A DNA stretch of 54,065 nt, taken from Candidatus Woesearchaeota archaeon (GTDB lineage Archaea; Nanobdellota; Nanobdellia; Woesearchaeales; JAIPIC01). The position numbers and the translations under genes are program-made. The notes under the pieces were generated by a model. The model was not told where the DNA came from. It made no database searches and was given only the letters and a program-made list of their open reading frames with translations. Of this stretch, positions 19,939 to 29,365 are shown in pieces (position 1 is the first letter of the stretch; each line of letters begins with the position of its first letter). The DNA lies in contig JAIPIC010000003.1 in assembly GCA_021734865.1 (NCBI GenBank), positions 1 through 54,065 of the forward strand, written 5' to 3'.

Positions 19939-22188
19939 ATGTACTTATTTTTCATTAAAGGAATTGTACAGGGAGTAGGGTTTCGACCGTACATATTCCG
20001 CAAAGCTAAACGGGAAGGTCTTGTTGGTTCTGTAAAAAATGTCGGCGATGGAGTCGAAATTATTATTGATGATTCACATTTTATGGATAAGCTCACAGAT
20101 CTACCTCCACTGGCTCGCGTTGATTCTTATGAGAAACGCAGTATTCAAATTCAACCACCAAAGGACTTTCTAATCATAAAGAGCACATCTTCAACAGGAT
20201 CAACATTGCTCCCTCCTGATATCTTCACTTGTCCAGATTGTCTAAGTGAATTAAATGACCCTTCTAACAGGCGTCATGATTACTATTTCATAACCTGCAC
20301 AAATTGTGGACCCAGATATTCAATGATTACGGACTATCCATACGATCGACCATACACTTCTATGAATAAATTTAAAATGTGTTCACAGTGCAGCAAAGAA
20401 TACTCGGATCCTTTGAACCGAAGATATCACGCACAGACTATTGCTTGTCCCGATTGCGGTCCACGACTGAAATTGATCAAATGCGCTCAAAATCCAGACA
20501 CATCAGCTGAGGGAGAATTAAATGACCAGAGTCAGGAACATGATTCTCAAAATAAACATGCAGACCGAGAAATAATCAAACAAGTGGCTGGTATTATTAA
20601 AAAAGGCCAAATAGTCGCCATTAAAGGAGTCGGTGGATTTCATATATGTAGCACTATAGAACGCGAAGCAGTAAAAAAAATTAGACAATTGTTAGGCAGG
20701 GCTAATAAACCCTTTGCAGTTATGGTCAAAGATGTAAAGATGGCAAGAAAATTTGCTGAAATTAGCCAATTTGAAGAATTAAACCTCAACAGCCCAGCCC
20801 GTCCGATAGTTGTTCTTAAAAAAAAACAGACTATATCTGATAATTTCGACGGTGAATATGTACTTGGTCATATATCAGAACTTGATACTATCGGCGTAAT
20901 GCTTCCTTATACCCCATTACATTTTATGCTATTTGACCATATGGACGAACCAATTATAATGACCTCATGCAATATGCCTGGAGCGCCCGTCAAGATCTCA
21001 ACTGAAAATCTTCTCAAACAAGAATTAGTTGGATGGATACTGACACATGAGAGAAAGATAATAAACAGAGTTGATGACTCAGTGATAAAAATCATTTCTG
21101 ATAAAATGGTTTATCTCAGACGATCGAGGGGATATGTGCCTGTCCCAATAAAACTTCCAAAACCAGTACGACCAACCCTTGCACTTGGGGCTGAACTCAA
21201 TAATGTCATATGCACTGCAAACGACAATCATTGCTTCCTCTCACAGCACATAGGTAATTGTGCAAATATTGATACAATGGATTTTCTTAAGGATACAGCC
21301 AAAAAGATGATACGCCTTACAAGAGTCGATCCGGAAATAATAATATCTGATCTCCATCCAGGATATGAAACCACAACATTTGCCAAAGAACTGTCAGATC
21401 AACTGGGAGCAAAACATATTCAGGTACAACATCACAAAGCTCATATTGCCGGTGTTGCGGCAGAGCATGGCCTAACAGAATACACTGGAATTGCAATGGA
21501 TGGACTTGGGTATGGTGACGACGGAAAGATTTGGGGGGGCGAAATATTTGATTTCGCAAACGGGAAATTTCAAAGGATTGGACATCTTCAATACCACCAA
21601 CAATTTGGAGACTCAGCTGCAGTATTCCCTGAAAGGATGCTGATAAGCATATTGTCAACATTCCTGACAATTGACCAAATCAAGAGGCTGGGAATCTCCA
21701 CAACTGACTTGAAGACAATACTGAAAGCAATTGAGAGTAGATTTAATTGCATTGAGACCTCAAGTACAGGTAGGGTCCTGGATGCTGCAGCGTCCCTTCT
21801 TGGGATCTGCAGAGAGAGGACTTATGAAGGCCGACCAGCCATGCTGCTTGAAACATTAGCTGGTACAAGCAGGCCCTATGAACTAAGACCAAATATAATT
21901 CAGAAAGATAATATATCAATTTTTGATACAACTCAACTGTTCAAATATCTAGTTCAAAATATTACTAAAGATAAATCCAGACTTGGAGCAACAGTACTGA
22001 CCTATATAGCAGAAGGTATGTATGAGATTGCTAAAGAAACAGGAAAACCTATTGTTTTTTCTGGTGGAGTGGCATATAATTCAATTATTTCAGAATTTAT
22101 GCGTCAGAAAGGAGTCCTCTTTAATCAGGAAATCCCTCCAGGGGATGGTGGGTTGTGCTATGGACAAGTTAGTATGGCAAATTTATGA
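19939..22188 (+). CDS. hypF: Carbamoyltransferase HypF
   Basis: GIVQGVGFRP, two Zn fingers (CPDC, CTNCGPR, CPDCGP), QHHKAH, DGLGYG.DG, PPGDGG. Confidence 0.96.
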   Translation: MYLFFIKGIVQGVGFRPYIFRKAKREGLVGSVKNVGDGVEIIIDDSHFMDKLTDLPPLARVDSYEKRSIQIQPPKDFLIIKSTSSTGSTLLPPDIFTCPDCLSELNDPSNRRHDYYFITCTNCGPRYSMITDYPYDRPYTSMNKFKMCSQCSKEYSDPLNRRYHAQTIACPDCGPRLKLIKCAQNPDTSAEGELNDQSQEHDSQNKHADREIIKQVAGIIKKGQIVAIKGVGGFHICSTIEREAVKKIRQLLGRANKPFAVMVKDVKMARKFAEISQFEELNLNSPARPIVVLKKKQTISDNFDGEYVLGHISELDTIGVMLPYTPLHFMLFDHMDEPIIMTSCNMPGAPVKISTENLLKQELVGWILTHERKIINRVDDSVIKIISDKMVYLRRSRGYVPVPIKLPKPVRPTLALGAELNNVICTANDNHCFLSQHIGNCANIDTMDFLKDTAKKMIRLTRVDPEIIISDLHPGYETTTFAKELSDQLGAKHIQVQHHKAHIAGVAAEHGLTEYTGIAMDGLGYGDDGKIWGGEIFDFANGKFQRIGHLQYHQQFGDSAAVFPERMLISILSTFLTIDQIKRLGISTTDLKTILKAIESRFNCIETSSTGRVLDAAASLLGICRERTYEGRPAMLLETLAGTSRPYELRPNIIQKDNISIFDTTQLFKYLVQNITKDKSRLGATVLTYIAEGMYEIAKETGKPIVFSGGVAYNSIISEFMRQKGVLFNQEIPPGDGGLCYGQVSMANL

Positions 22189-22267
22189 AAATACTAATCT
22201 TAAAATATTGATCTGAAGATGTGGTTCTGAAAATATGGATGTTCCGGTCGATTGAGCCAGTACAAAT

Positions 22268-22669
22268 TTATTGAGCTAAAACAAGTTTACCAAATTTGAC
22301 CCCCTTACGGGCGATCATACCATCAGCAGTCTTTTTGATATCTTTAACCTTTCCTCTGAATACAACTACTTCAAGGCAGTCGTCAGCATTCATATGAGTA
22401 TGCATTGTGCTGATTATAATACCATGATTATCATGTTGTAAGTGAGTGAGGTCATGTTGTATATCATGGTCGTGATGGTTATAGACTAGAGTCAATGTAC
22501 CTATCATCTCTGATTCCATATCTTCTGATTTCTCTTTGATCAGACTTTTTCTAATCAGGTCTCTGATTGCCTCAGAGCGATTTTTATAACCCTTGCTAGT
22601 TGATTGTTCATCGAATTTCTCCAGAATTTCCGGCTCAAATGCAATTCCCTTACGAATTATCCTGTCCAT
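22268..22669 (-). CDS. nikR: Nickel-responsive regulator NikR
   Basis: GYKNRSEAIRDLIR, YNHH, H.QHD, STMHTH....CLEV; start moved to ATG 22669 behind GAGGTGA. Confidence 0.94.
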   Translation of the reverse strand: MDRIIRKGIAFEPEILEKFDEQSTSKGYKNRSEAIRDLIRKSLIKEKSEDMESEMIGTLTLVYNHHDHDIQHDLTHLQHDNHGIIISTMHTHMNADDCLEVVVFRGKVKDIKKTADGMIARKGVKFGKLVLAQ

Positions 22670-22712
22670 ATTATTCACCTCAAAAAAGATCTTATATTGT
22701 TTTCTTAAGAAT

Positions 22713-22741
22713 GTAACACTAATACAATATAAAAGTGTTAC
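22713..22741. promoter_or_regulatory. Candidate NikR operator GTAACACT-N13-AGTGTTAC
   Basis: Perfect 8-bp inverted repeat between divergent nikR and cbiM; an extra half-site GTAACACT at 22795-22802. Confidence 0.7.
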
Positions 22742-22867
22742 GAAAATTAGTTTTTGTGACAAAAAATTTATAAAGTGGCACGTATTTATAATTTGTAACA
22801 CTTATCTTTGGATATTAATTGTATTATTCATGATATTGGTGTTAAACAAATTTTAATGTGAACAAAG

Positions 22868-23494
22868 ATGCATATACCCGACGGATTTTTAAGCTTGCCA
22901 GTTTCAATTGCCTGTTTAGTGATTGTCATACTCTTCTGGATAATTGCCTTTAGTAGAGCAAAGAAAGTGATGGGGGAAAAACATGTCCCATTGCTAGCGG
23001 TGATTGCAGCTGCCATATTTGGCGGTCAGATGCTGAATTTCACTTTAATTGGAATTGGAGGAACATCCGGACATCTCATAGGGGCTGCATTAGTAGCTAT
23101 TCTTCTTGGACCATACGCTGCTATCATCGTGCTAACTCTGGTCTTGCTTGTGCAAGCGCTTGTATTTGCAGACGGAGGGGTTGTTGTATTTGGAGCAAAT
23201 GTCCTACTGATGGGTGTTGTTGGAGGACTATTTGGGTATATGATATATTTCCTCACAAGAAAAACAGGAATTGCAATTTCCTCATTTCTTGCTGGCTTTA
23301 CAAGTGTAGTAGCTGCATCAATTGTATGTTCAGTACTATTGGGTTTAAGTGGGACAATAGAAATGTCCAGAGCGCTTATTGCCATGGTTCCAATACATAT
23401 GATTATTGGTATAGGGGAAGGATTTATCACAATGGGAATTGTCTTATATTTTCAGAAGACCAGACCCGATATCCTTAAACTAAAAAAAGTATAA
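22868..23494 (+). CDS. cbiM: ECF Ni/Co transporter substrate component CbiM/NikM
   Basis: N-terminal MHIPDGFL, GTSGHL.G, H..IGIGEG. Confidence 0.93.
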   Translation: MHIPDGFLSLPVSIACLVIVILFWIIAFSRAKKVMGEKHVPLLAVIAAAIFGGQMLNFTLIGIGGTSGHLIGAALVAILLGPYAAIIVLTLVLLVQALVFADGGVVVFGANVLLMGVVGGLFGYMIYFLTRKTGIAISSFLAGFTSVVAASIVCSVLLGLSGTIEMSRALIAMVPIHMIIGIGEGFITMGIVLYFQKTRPDILKLKKV

Positions 23495-23555
23495 AATATT
23501 TGAATATCAAGAGAAAATAAATCTAGAGCACATACAAAATTGATACATGGAATAA

Positions 23556-23852
23556 ATGATGAAAATGGCTAAAAGAGACAAATTCATATACATCTTTCTG
23601 GCATTATCAATACTTATAGTAGTAATCCTGCTGCCTGTTGCATCAGAGCATCCAGACGGCCTCGAAAAAGTTGCAGGGATGCTTGGGTTTGAGGATTCAG
23701 CACAAGAAATCTATAGTTCAGCACCTATGCCCGATTATGATATTTTAGAGCAGGGATCATATACCAGTGTGCTGACAGCAGGGCTGATTGGAATTGCCAT
23801 AACAATGACCGCTGCACTTATCGTTGGGAGATTATTAAAAAATGCATCATGA
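23556..23852 (+). CDS. PDGLE-domain NikN-like component
   Basis: ASEHPDGLEKVA and APMPDY; two TM helices. Confidence 0.88.
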   Translation: MMKMAKRDKFIYIFLALSILIVVILLPVASEHPDGLEKVAGMLGFEDSAQEIYSSAPMPDYDILEQGSYTSVLTAGLIGIAITMTAALIVGRLLKNAS

Positions 23853-24429
23853 ACACTTAGATAAGTACAGTAGGCTGAATTCAGTAATCCATAAGATAGA
23901 TGCACGTGTTAAGTTAATTTTTGGATTAATCTTAGTAGTTGTTGCTTCAGTATCAAATTTGTATATTCTAACTGCCATCCTTGTCTTTCTGCTTATCATT
24001 ATCCTACTGTCGAAAGTTCCATTGAGTTATATTATTACAAGATATGCAATCTGTCTTCCTTTCCTGTTTTCCCTTTTTTTAATACCTTTTCCTACGTCCC
24101 TGCTATTAATAATGAAGGCAGTCACTTCTATCACAGTCGTAACAGCTGTAATATCAACTACAAAATTCCAGGCTTTGCTAAATTCTATGAAGTACTTTAG
24201 AGTACCAAAAATATTCATATTGATGCTATCTTTTTTTTATCGCTACATCTTCTTGTTTATTGATAATGTTCACAGGATGCTGAAAGCAAGAGATTCTAGG
24301 TCATTTTCTAATAGACAGAGATATGCAGCCAGTCTAATAACAAAAATGATTGGCTCTCTATTTATACAGAGTTATGAGCAGTCCGAAAGAGCTTATGCTG
24401 CAATGCTTGCACGAGGCTACAGTGGATAA
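23842..24429 (+). CDS. cbiQ: ECF transmembrane component CbiQ/NikQ
   Basis: S.IHKIDARVKL, YRYIF, ARDSR, AMLARGY. Confidence 0.9.
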   Translation: MHHEHLDKYSRLNSVIHKIDARVKLIFGLILVVVASVSNLYILTAILVFLLIIILLSKVPLSYIITRYAICLPFLFSLFLIPFPTSLLLIMKAVTSITVVTAVISTTKFQALLNSMKYFRVPKIFILMLSFFYRYIFLFIDNVHRMLKARDSRSFSNRQRYAASLITKMIGSLFIQSYEQSERAYAAMLARGYSG

Positions 24430-24636
24430 ATTGCAGAAAATAATACTAACTGACACAGTCCACGGATATAGCTACAGTATATGAATATAACACGTTAGAT
24501 GCTCTCTTTAAATTGCTGGAAATAAGATAATATCTTATATTGATATATATATAATATCTTTTTATAGTAATAACTGAAATCAATAAAATACACGAACAAT
24601 GTATAGAAACAAATACATGAACAATGAATATGAAAA

Positions 24637-25311
24637 ATGATAAAAATTAGAAATCTCAGATACATCTATCCCGACAAAAGAATTGGCTTGGATGGTATAT
24701 CACTTAATATCAAAGAAGATATTACTGGGATAATTGGTCCTAATGGGGCAGGGAAAACAACATTGCTTCTTCACTTAAATGGTGTACTTCAACCTACTCA
24801 AGGGAGTCTGACGGTCGATGACATTAAAGTTAACCCCAAATCAATGTCAAAAATCAGAAAAAAAGTAGGTATCGTGTTCCAAAATCCAGATGACATGCTA
24901 TTTTCTCCTACAGTATATGAAGATGTGGCATTTGGTCCTACTAATCTTAAGATGAACAATATCCATGCAAGAGTACACTTAGCACTTGAACAAGTTGGAA
25001 TGGCTGAATATGAGACTCAAAATCCCCATCATATGAGCCTTGGGCAGAAAAAGAGAGTATCTCTAGCAGCTGTAATTGTGATGGAACCAGAATATATAAT
25101 ATTCGATGAACCCACAACACATCTTGATCCACAAGGGAAGCGTGAAATAATTAAACTGATCCTCTCATTAAATACAAAACGAATAATATCCACGCATGAC
25201 ATGAATCTACTTAAGTACTGTAATGAGATCCATATCTTGAATAATGGGAAATTAGTCCACTCATCACACAAAGTGAACAAAGCAACCTTGAAGGAATATG
25301 GACTTTTTTAA
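24637..25311 (+). CDS. cbiO: ECF ATPase CbiO/NikO
   Basis: GPNGAGKT, FQNPDD, DVAFGP, GQKKRV, FDEPT. Confidence 0.92.
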   Translation: MIKIRNLRYIYPDKRIGLDGISLNIKEDITGIIGPNGAGKTTLLLHLNGVLQPTQGSLTVDDIKVNPKSMSKIRKKVGIVFQNPDDMLFSPTVYEDVAFGPTNLKMNNIHARVHLALEQVGMAEYETQNPHHMSLGQKKRVSLAAVIVMEPEYIIFDEPTTHLDPQGKREIIKLILSLNTKRIISTHDMNLLKYCNEIHILNNGKLVHSSHKVNKATLKEYGLF

Positions 25312-26024
25312 TGATTATGGTGTTTTCTATTCTCTCTGACTTCTTTTATCTTTTTTGCCAACTTTTCATAACTTTGAGGATCATCTTTGCTTGTCCTTAC
25401 AACAACGATGTTTGGATTTACCTTTCTAATATCCCTTAAAAAGGATGATTCATCAAAATCTACATACTTTGCAAGATCGTATTTTGAGATTATGGATATT
25501 ACTGCATTCATGAAGATTATTGGGTATTTTGCTGGCTTGTCATGCCCCTCTGCCGTAGAACTTACTACAATATCCATGCTCTGTCCAAGCTTGACTCCTG
25601 CAGGACACACCAGATTTCCAACATTCTCGATAATAAGAAGATCCTTACCCTTCAGCTGTTGATCTTGTTTCATAGCCTTAATTGCTTGCATGATCATATG
25701 AGCATTAAGATGGCATCCTGAGTGCGTATTGATCTGATAGCTGTCAATCCCAATATCAGCTAGAAGTTTCGCATCAATATCAGATTCTAAGTCCCCCTGA
25801 ATGACAGCAATCTTGTCAACCCCCAGTACTTTACTTATTTCCCTAATAACAGTAGTCTTACCAGCTCCAGGAGCGCCTAATAAATTGATGCAGCAGATTC
25901 CATCATCATCCAGATCATGCCATATCATATGAGCAAGTCTATCGTTTTCTTGTGTAAGACTCTTATTGATTATTATCTCTTCAGACTTATTTCGGTTATC
26001 ATGACATCCACATTCTTCACACAT
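25308..26024 (-). CDS. hypB: Hydrogenase nickel incorporation GTPase HypB
   Basis: MCEECGC, GAPGAGKT, GCHL, ENVGNLVCPA, EG.DKP.KYP. Confidence 0.96.
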   Translation of the reverse strand: MCEECGCHDNRNKSEEIIINKSLTQENDRLAHMIWHDLDDDGICCINLLGAPGAGKTTVIREISKVLGVDKIAVIQGDLESDIDAKLLADIGIDSYQINTHSGCHLNAHMIMQAIKAMKQDQQLKGKDLLIIENVGNLVCPAGVKLGQSMDIVVSSTAEGHDKPAKYPIIFMNAVISIISKYDLAKYVDFDESSFLRDIRKVNPNIVVVRTSKDDPQSYEKLAKKIKEVRENRKHHNH

Positions 26025-26059
26025 TTTGACTCTCCTTATCTCATGTATTAAGATATATC

Positions 26060-26398
26060 TTATTTATTCACTTCTATTGAACATAGATTTATATCTTTTC
26101 CATTGATAATCTTTGTTTTTCCGGATTCACACTTCTGACAAAAAAGAATTGGTTGGTTTGAGATTCTGCTTTCTGAACCACATTCCTCACACTTAATTCT
26201 ACCATCAATTTCAATAACATTAAGCACACAATCTTTTAGATTATTATAATCCTTTTTAATAATATCAAAATAGAAGCCTATCGGTTCTGGTTTGAAACCT
26301 GAAAGACAACCAACTTCAATTGATGCACTTGAAATTGGGTTTTTAGATTCATCTAATAACATTCTGACAATCTCCTTTGTTATTGACAATTCGTGCAT
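26060..26398 (-). CDS. hypA: Hydrogenase nickel metallochaperone HypA
   Basis: MHELSI start (ATG 26398); CEEC and CQKC Zn site. Confidence 0.93.
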   Translation of the reverse strand: MHELSITKEIVRMLLDESKNPISSASIEVGCLSGFKPEPIGFYFDIIKKDYNNLKDCVLNVIEIDGRIKCEECGSESRISNQPILFCQKCESGKTKIINGKDINLCSIEVNK

Positions 26399-26399
26399 T

Positions 26400-27371
26400 T
26401 TAACATATCCTAGGAACAATTCTGCCAGTTGGCGTGGGCATAATCCTTTTGCCCAGAGATGTCTTGACAATGACTTTTTTATCTGTAATATTAGCCACAG
26501 TACCCACAATCGAAGCTTGATCATTAAAGCTTTTTAGCCTGTCCAGAACTTTCATACTATTCTGTTCAGAGCATATGCATACCATCCTCCCTTCACTTGC
26601 AAGTTCATATAGATTAATTCCCAGCATATCAACAACAGTCTGCACTTCCTTCTTTGCAGGAATATCGATTTCATTTAGCACTAAATTAAATCCAGTTTTT
26701 TTAGCCATATCATTAAGAGCCGATGCCAGGCCACCACGTGTCGGGTCTTTAGCATACTTGATAAGTTCTCTAATAGAGTTCATCTCATCGACAAGCGGTC
26801 TTGAATCAGTGATTATATCTGTCTCGTAATCAAATCTCTTCGAAAGTAAGGCAACTGCATGTTCTCCCAGACCACCTGAAATTATAATTTTATCTCCTGG
26901 TACAATAGCATTACCGTCTAGAACACTCTCAGTTAAACCTACTCCGCTTGTATTGATTACAATCTTATCCAGCTTGCCCTTTTCCATAACCTTGGTATCA
27001 CCTGTCGCGACAGGGATTTTATATTTATTTGATAATCTCCCGATAGTCTCAGTAATTTTACTGAGTTTAAAATCCTCAAAGCCTTCTTCAATAATATAAC
27101 TGAGTGATAACCCTAAAGGTTTAGCACCCATCATTAATAAGTCGTTGACTGTTCCGCAGAATGCCAGATCGCCAATATTGCCTCCTGGAAAAAAGACTGG
27201 ATCAACAATGAATGAATCAGTAGTAAAGACCAAAAATCTACCATCACTAATATCTAAAATCGCAGAATCATCATAAGAATTTGTCCATTTTCCCCGGAAA
27301 AACTTGAAACTTTCAATTAGTTCCATCATTTCCTTTCCACCAGAACCCTGAGACAGGGAAATCTTGCCCAT
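26400..27371 (-). CDS. hypE: Carbamoyl dehydratase HypE
   Basis: GSGG, TDSF.V.P.FFPGG.IG, GDTKV, DPTRGG, C-terminal PRIC. Confidence 0.96.
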   Translation of the reverse strand: MGKISLSQGSGGKEMMELIESFKFFRGKWTNSYDDSAILDISDGRFLVFTTDSFIVDPVFFPGGNIGDLAFCGTVNDLLMMGAKPLGLSLSYIIEEGFEDFKLSKITETIGRLSNKYKIPVATGDTKVMEKGKLDKIVINTSGVGLTESVLDGNAIVPGDKIIISGGLGEHAVALLSKRFDYETDIITDSRPLVDEMNSIRELIKYAKDPTRGGLASALNDMAKKTGFNLVLNEIDIPAKKEVQTVVDMLGINLYELASEGRMVCICSEQNSMKVLDRLKSFNDQASIVGTVANITDKKVIVKTSLGKRIMPTPTGRIVPRIC

Positions 27372-27396
27372 ATTCAGTTGTAAGGAAGCATAGTAT

Positions 27397-27726
27397 TTAT
27401 TTCTTGCTGAATTTAAAGCTTATAGCACAATTGCCTTCCTCATGGGCCATTGATTTGTGCAATGGATTGTTTGGGGTACATTCCCTTTTGAATAATGGAC
27501 ATTCTGCTGGCTCACGAGCTCCCAGTAAAACATCATTACATTTGGCCTTATCGTTCTTTGGATCAAGAACTGATGATACTGGACGCATAATGAATTCATA
27601 TATATCAGAAATTAAAGGCACTTTCATTTTATCAAACCACTCATAGATAGTATCATTAGATATTAACTGGTGGATGGTAGTATTTATCCTTTTCGGAAAA
27701 AATACGGGTTTCATTGAAAATGTCAC
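27397..27726 (-). CDS. HypD C-terminal-like small Cys protein or fragment (start uncertain: 27627, or 27714 inside the repeat)
   Basis: C-x12-C-x6-C-x16-C with ECPLF..ECTP.NP and EG.CAI matching the HypD C-terminus. Confidence 0.65.
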   Translation of the reverse strand: MTFSMKPVFFPKRINTTIHQLISNDTIYEWFDKMKVPLISDIYEFIMRPVSSVLDPKNDKAKCNDVLLGAREPAECPLFKRECTPNNPLHKSMAHEEGNCAISFKFSKK

Positions 27727-28025
27727 AGGAATTATTCAGAACAAATATGTTCTGGATATTTGGAAATGTACATTTCTGAACATTTTAGGTGGGTTTAATA
27801 CCCCCCCTAGGGGTGAAATTTTTAATACAAAGAAATGCATATGCATTTCTTGTAGCATTTCTTGTACAAAAAGTGTACCATTTATCCGTCCCAAAAATTG
27901 CCTATAACTGAGAGCCCATCAATGCGGAGAAAAGCAAAGCTTTTCTTGTACACAAAAATGATTTACATTTTTATTGTACCCCATGCTTTAGCTTGGGTCA
28001 GGGCGAACGGCAATTATTGTTATAT
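27680..28025. repeat. Modular hairpin-array repeat, copy B (apparently complete), inside the hyp operon
   Basis: Shares blocks with 48-183 and 53873-54060; includes the palindrome AGAAATGCATATGCATTTCT (27831-27850), GAAATGTACATTTC and CAGAACA-aata-TGTTCTG. Confidence 0.88.
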
Positions 28026-28037
28026 GGACAGTGGATC

Positions 28038-29075
28038 TTATTTGTACGCATAGCTAATTGCACAGCTTCCTTCTTTTGATACCATACATGGTCCTATTGG
28101 GTTCTCTGGAGTGCAGGCACGACCAAACAATGAGCATTCGTCAGGGTTGATTATCCCTTTTAGAACCTCACCACATCTACATGCTGAATTCTGCACTGTT
28201 TTTACAGTCATAATGACCTTAGAATACATTTTCTTAGCATCCAGTTCTTTATTTCTAATATTAAGTCCGGAATCTGGAATAATCCCCAGACCTCTCCATT
28301 CACTGTCAGCAGCATAAAAAACATCTTTTAATACTCGTTGTGCTTTTGGATTTCCTTCTTCTCTGACCCCTTCAGGATACGCATTGACGACTGTTTGTTT
28401 GCCTTCAGACAACATTTTACACAGAGCAAAAATTGATCTCATTACACGCTCAGCACTGAACCCAGCAATTGCTTGTGCTACTTTGAATCTCCTATAAGGC
28501 CTGACACCTATAATAGTTGACACATGCCCGGGATTAAGAAAGCCATCGATATGCACTTCACCTTCAAGCAGAGCTTCCATTGCAGGTGGGACCAGCTTAT
28601 GGCAGCTGTAGACACAGACCCCTTTTTGCAGCAGATATGCTGTCATCGGAGCTGTCGTCTCAAAACCAACCCCAAAAAAAACAATATTTGGGTGTTTTTC
28701 TCTGATGGCAAGAACCTCACTAGCTGAATAGACCTCGAATACATTTCCTTTCTCTGCTTTCACACTCTCAAGACTTGAATCAGTCCCAGGAACTCTCATC
28801 ACATCTCCATATGTGGCCACAGGAACACCGCTACGTGCAATACCGATAATATTATCAATATCTGACTGAGCAGAAACACACACAGGACAACCTGGTCCGG
28901 AGATTAACTTTAAGTTTTTAGGCAGAATATCTCTGATTCCATACTTTAAAATTATATTAGTGTGACCACCACAAATCTCCATAATGGTCCTATTCCCAAT
29001 ATTTAGACTCTTAATCTTTTGAAGATAATATTCAATGAGTTTGTTTTCATTTATCATATCTTCATTCATAATCAA
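28038..29075 (-). CDS. hypD: Hydrogenase maturation protein HypD
   Basis: MEICGGHT, GPGCPVC, GFETTAP, PGHVS, C-terminal CRC...C...C...GPCMVS.EGSC. Confidence 0.96.
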   Translation of the reverse strand: MIMNEDMINENKLIEYYLQKIKSLNIGNRTIMEICGGHTNIILKYGIRDILPKNLKLISGPGCPVCVSAQSDIDNIIGIARSGVPVATYGDVMRVPGTDSSLESVKAEKGNVFEVYSASEVLAIREKHPNIVFFGVGFETTAPMTAYLLQKGVCVYSCHKLVPPAMEALLEGEVHIDGFLNPGHVSTIIGVRPYRRFKVAQAIAGFSAERVMRSIFALCKMLSEGKQTVVNAYPEGVREEGNPKAQRVLKDVFYAADSEWRGLGIIPDSGLNIRNKELDAKKMYSKVIMTVKTVQNSACRCGEVLKGIINPDECSLFGRACTPENPIGPCMVSKEGSCAISYAYK

Positions 29076-29133
29076 TCCCTTGAAATTTATTTTTCAGTTG
29101 GTTGGTGTACAACATAAGGACAATGTAACCAAA

Positions 29134-29364
29134 TTATTTCATAGATTCAATTCTTTCCAGATCCTTCTTTATTATTTTTAGAGATTCCTCAGCAGATTTC
29201 CTGTCCAGTTTTTCAATAACAAAACCTGCATGAATTAAAGTATAATCACCAACAGCTGGATTATCGATAAGAGAAGCATTGACAACTTTAAGAATTCCTC
29301 CGTAATCTACTTTAGCATTCTCTCCATTAAGTTCAATAATCTTTGCAGGTATCGCGTAGCACAT
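29134..29364 (-). CDS. hypC: Hydrogenase chaperone HypC
   Basis: MCYAIPAK, VGDY.LIHAG. Confidence 0.95.
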   Translation of the reverse strand: MCYAIPAKIIELNGENAKVDYGGILKVVNASLIDNPAVGDYTLIHAGFVIEKLDRKSAEESLKIIKKDLERIESMK

Positions 29365-29365
29365 T

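Noticed and set aside
27727-27783. ATG at 27783 with an in-frame TGA (27736-27738) upstream of the HypD-like ORF, suggesting selenocysteine readthrough
   Set aside because: The stretch lies within the hairpin repeat, the TGA does not align with a HypD Cys, and no SECIS was recognised.
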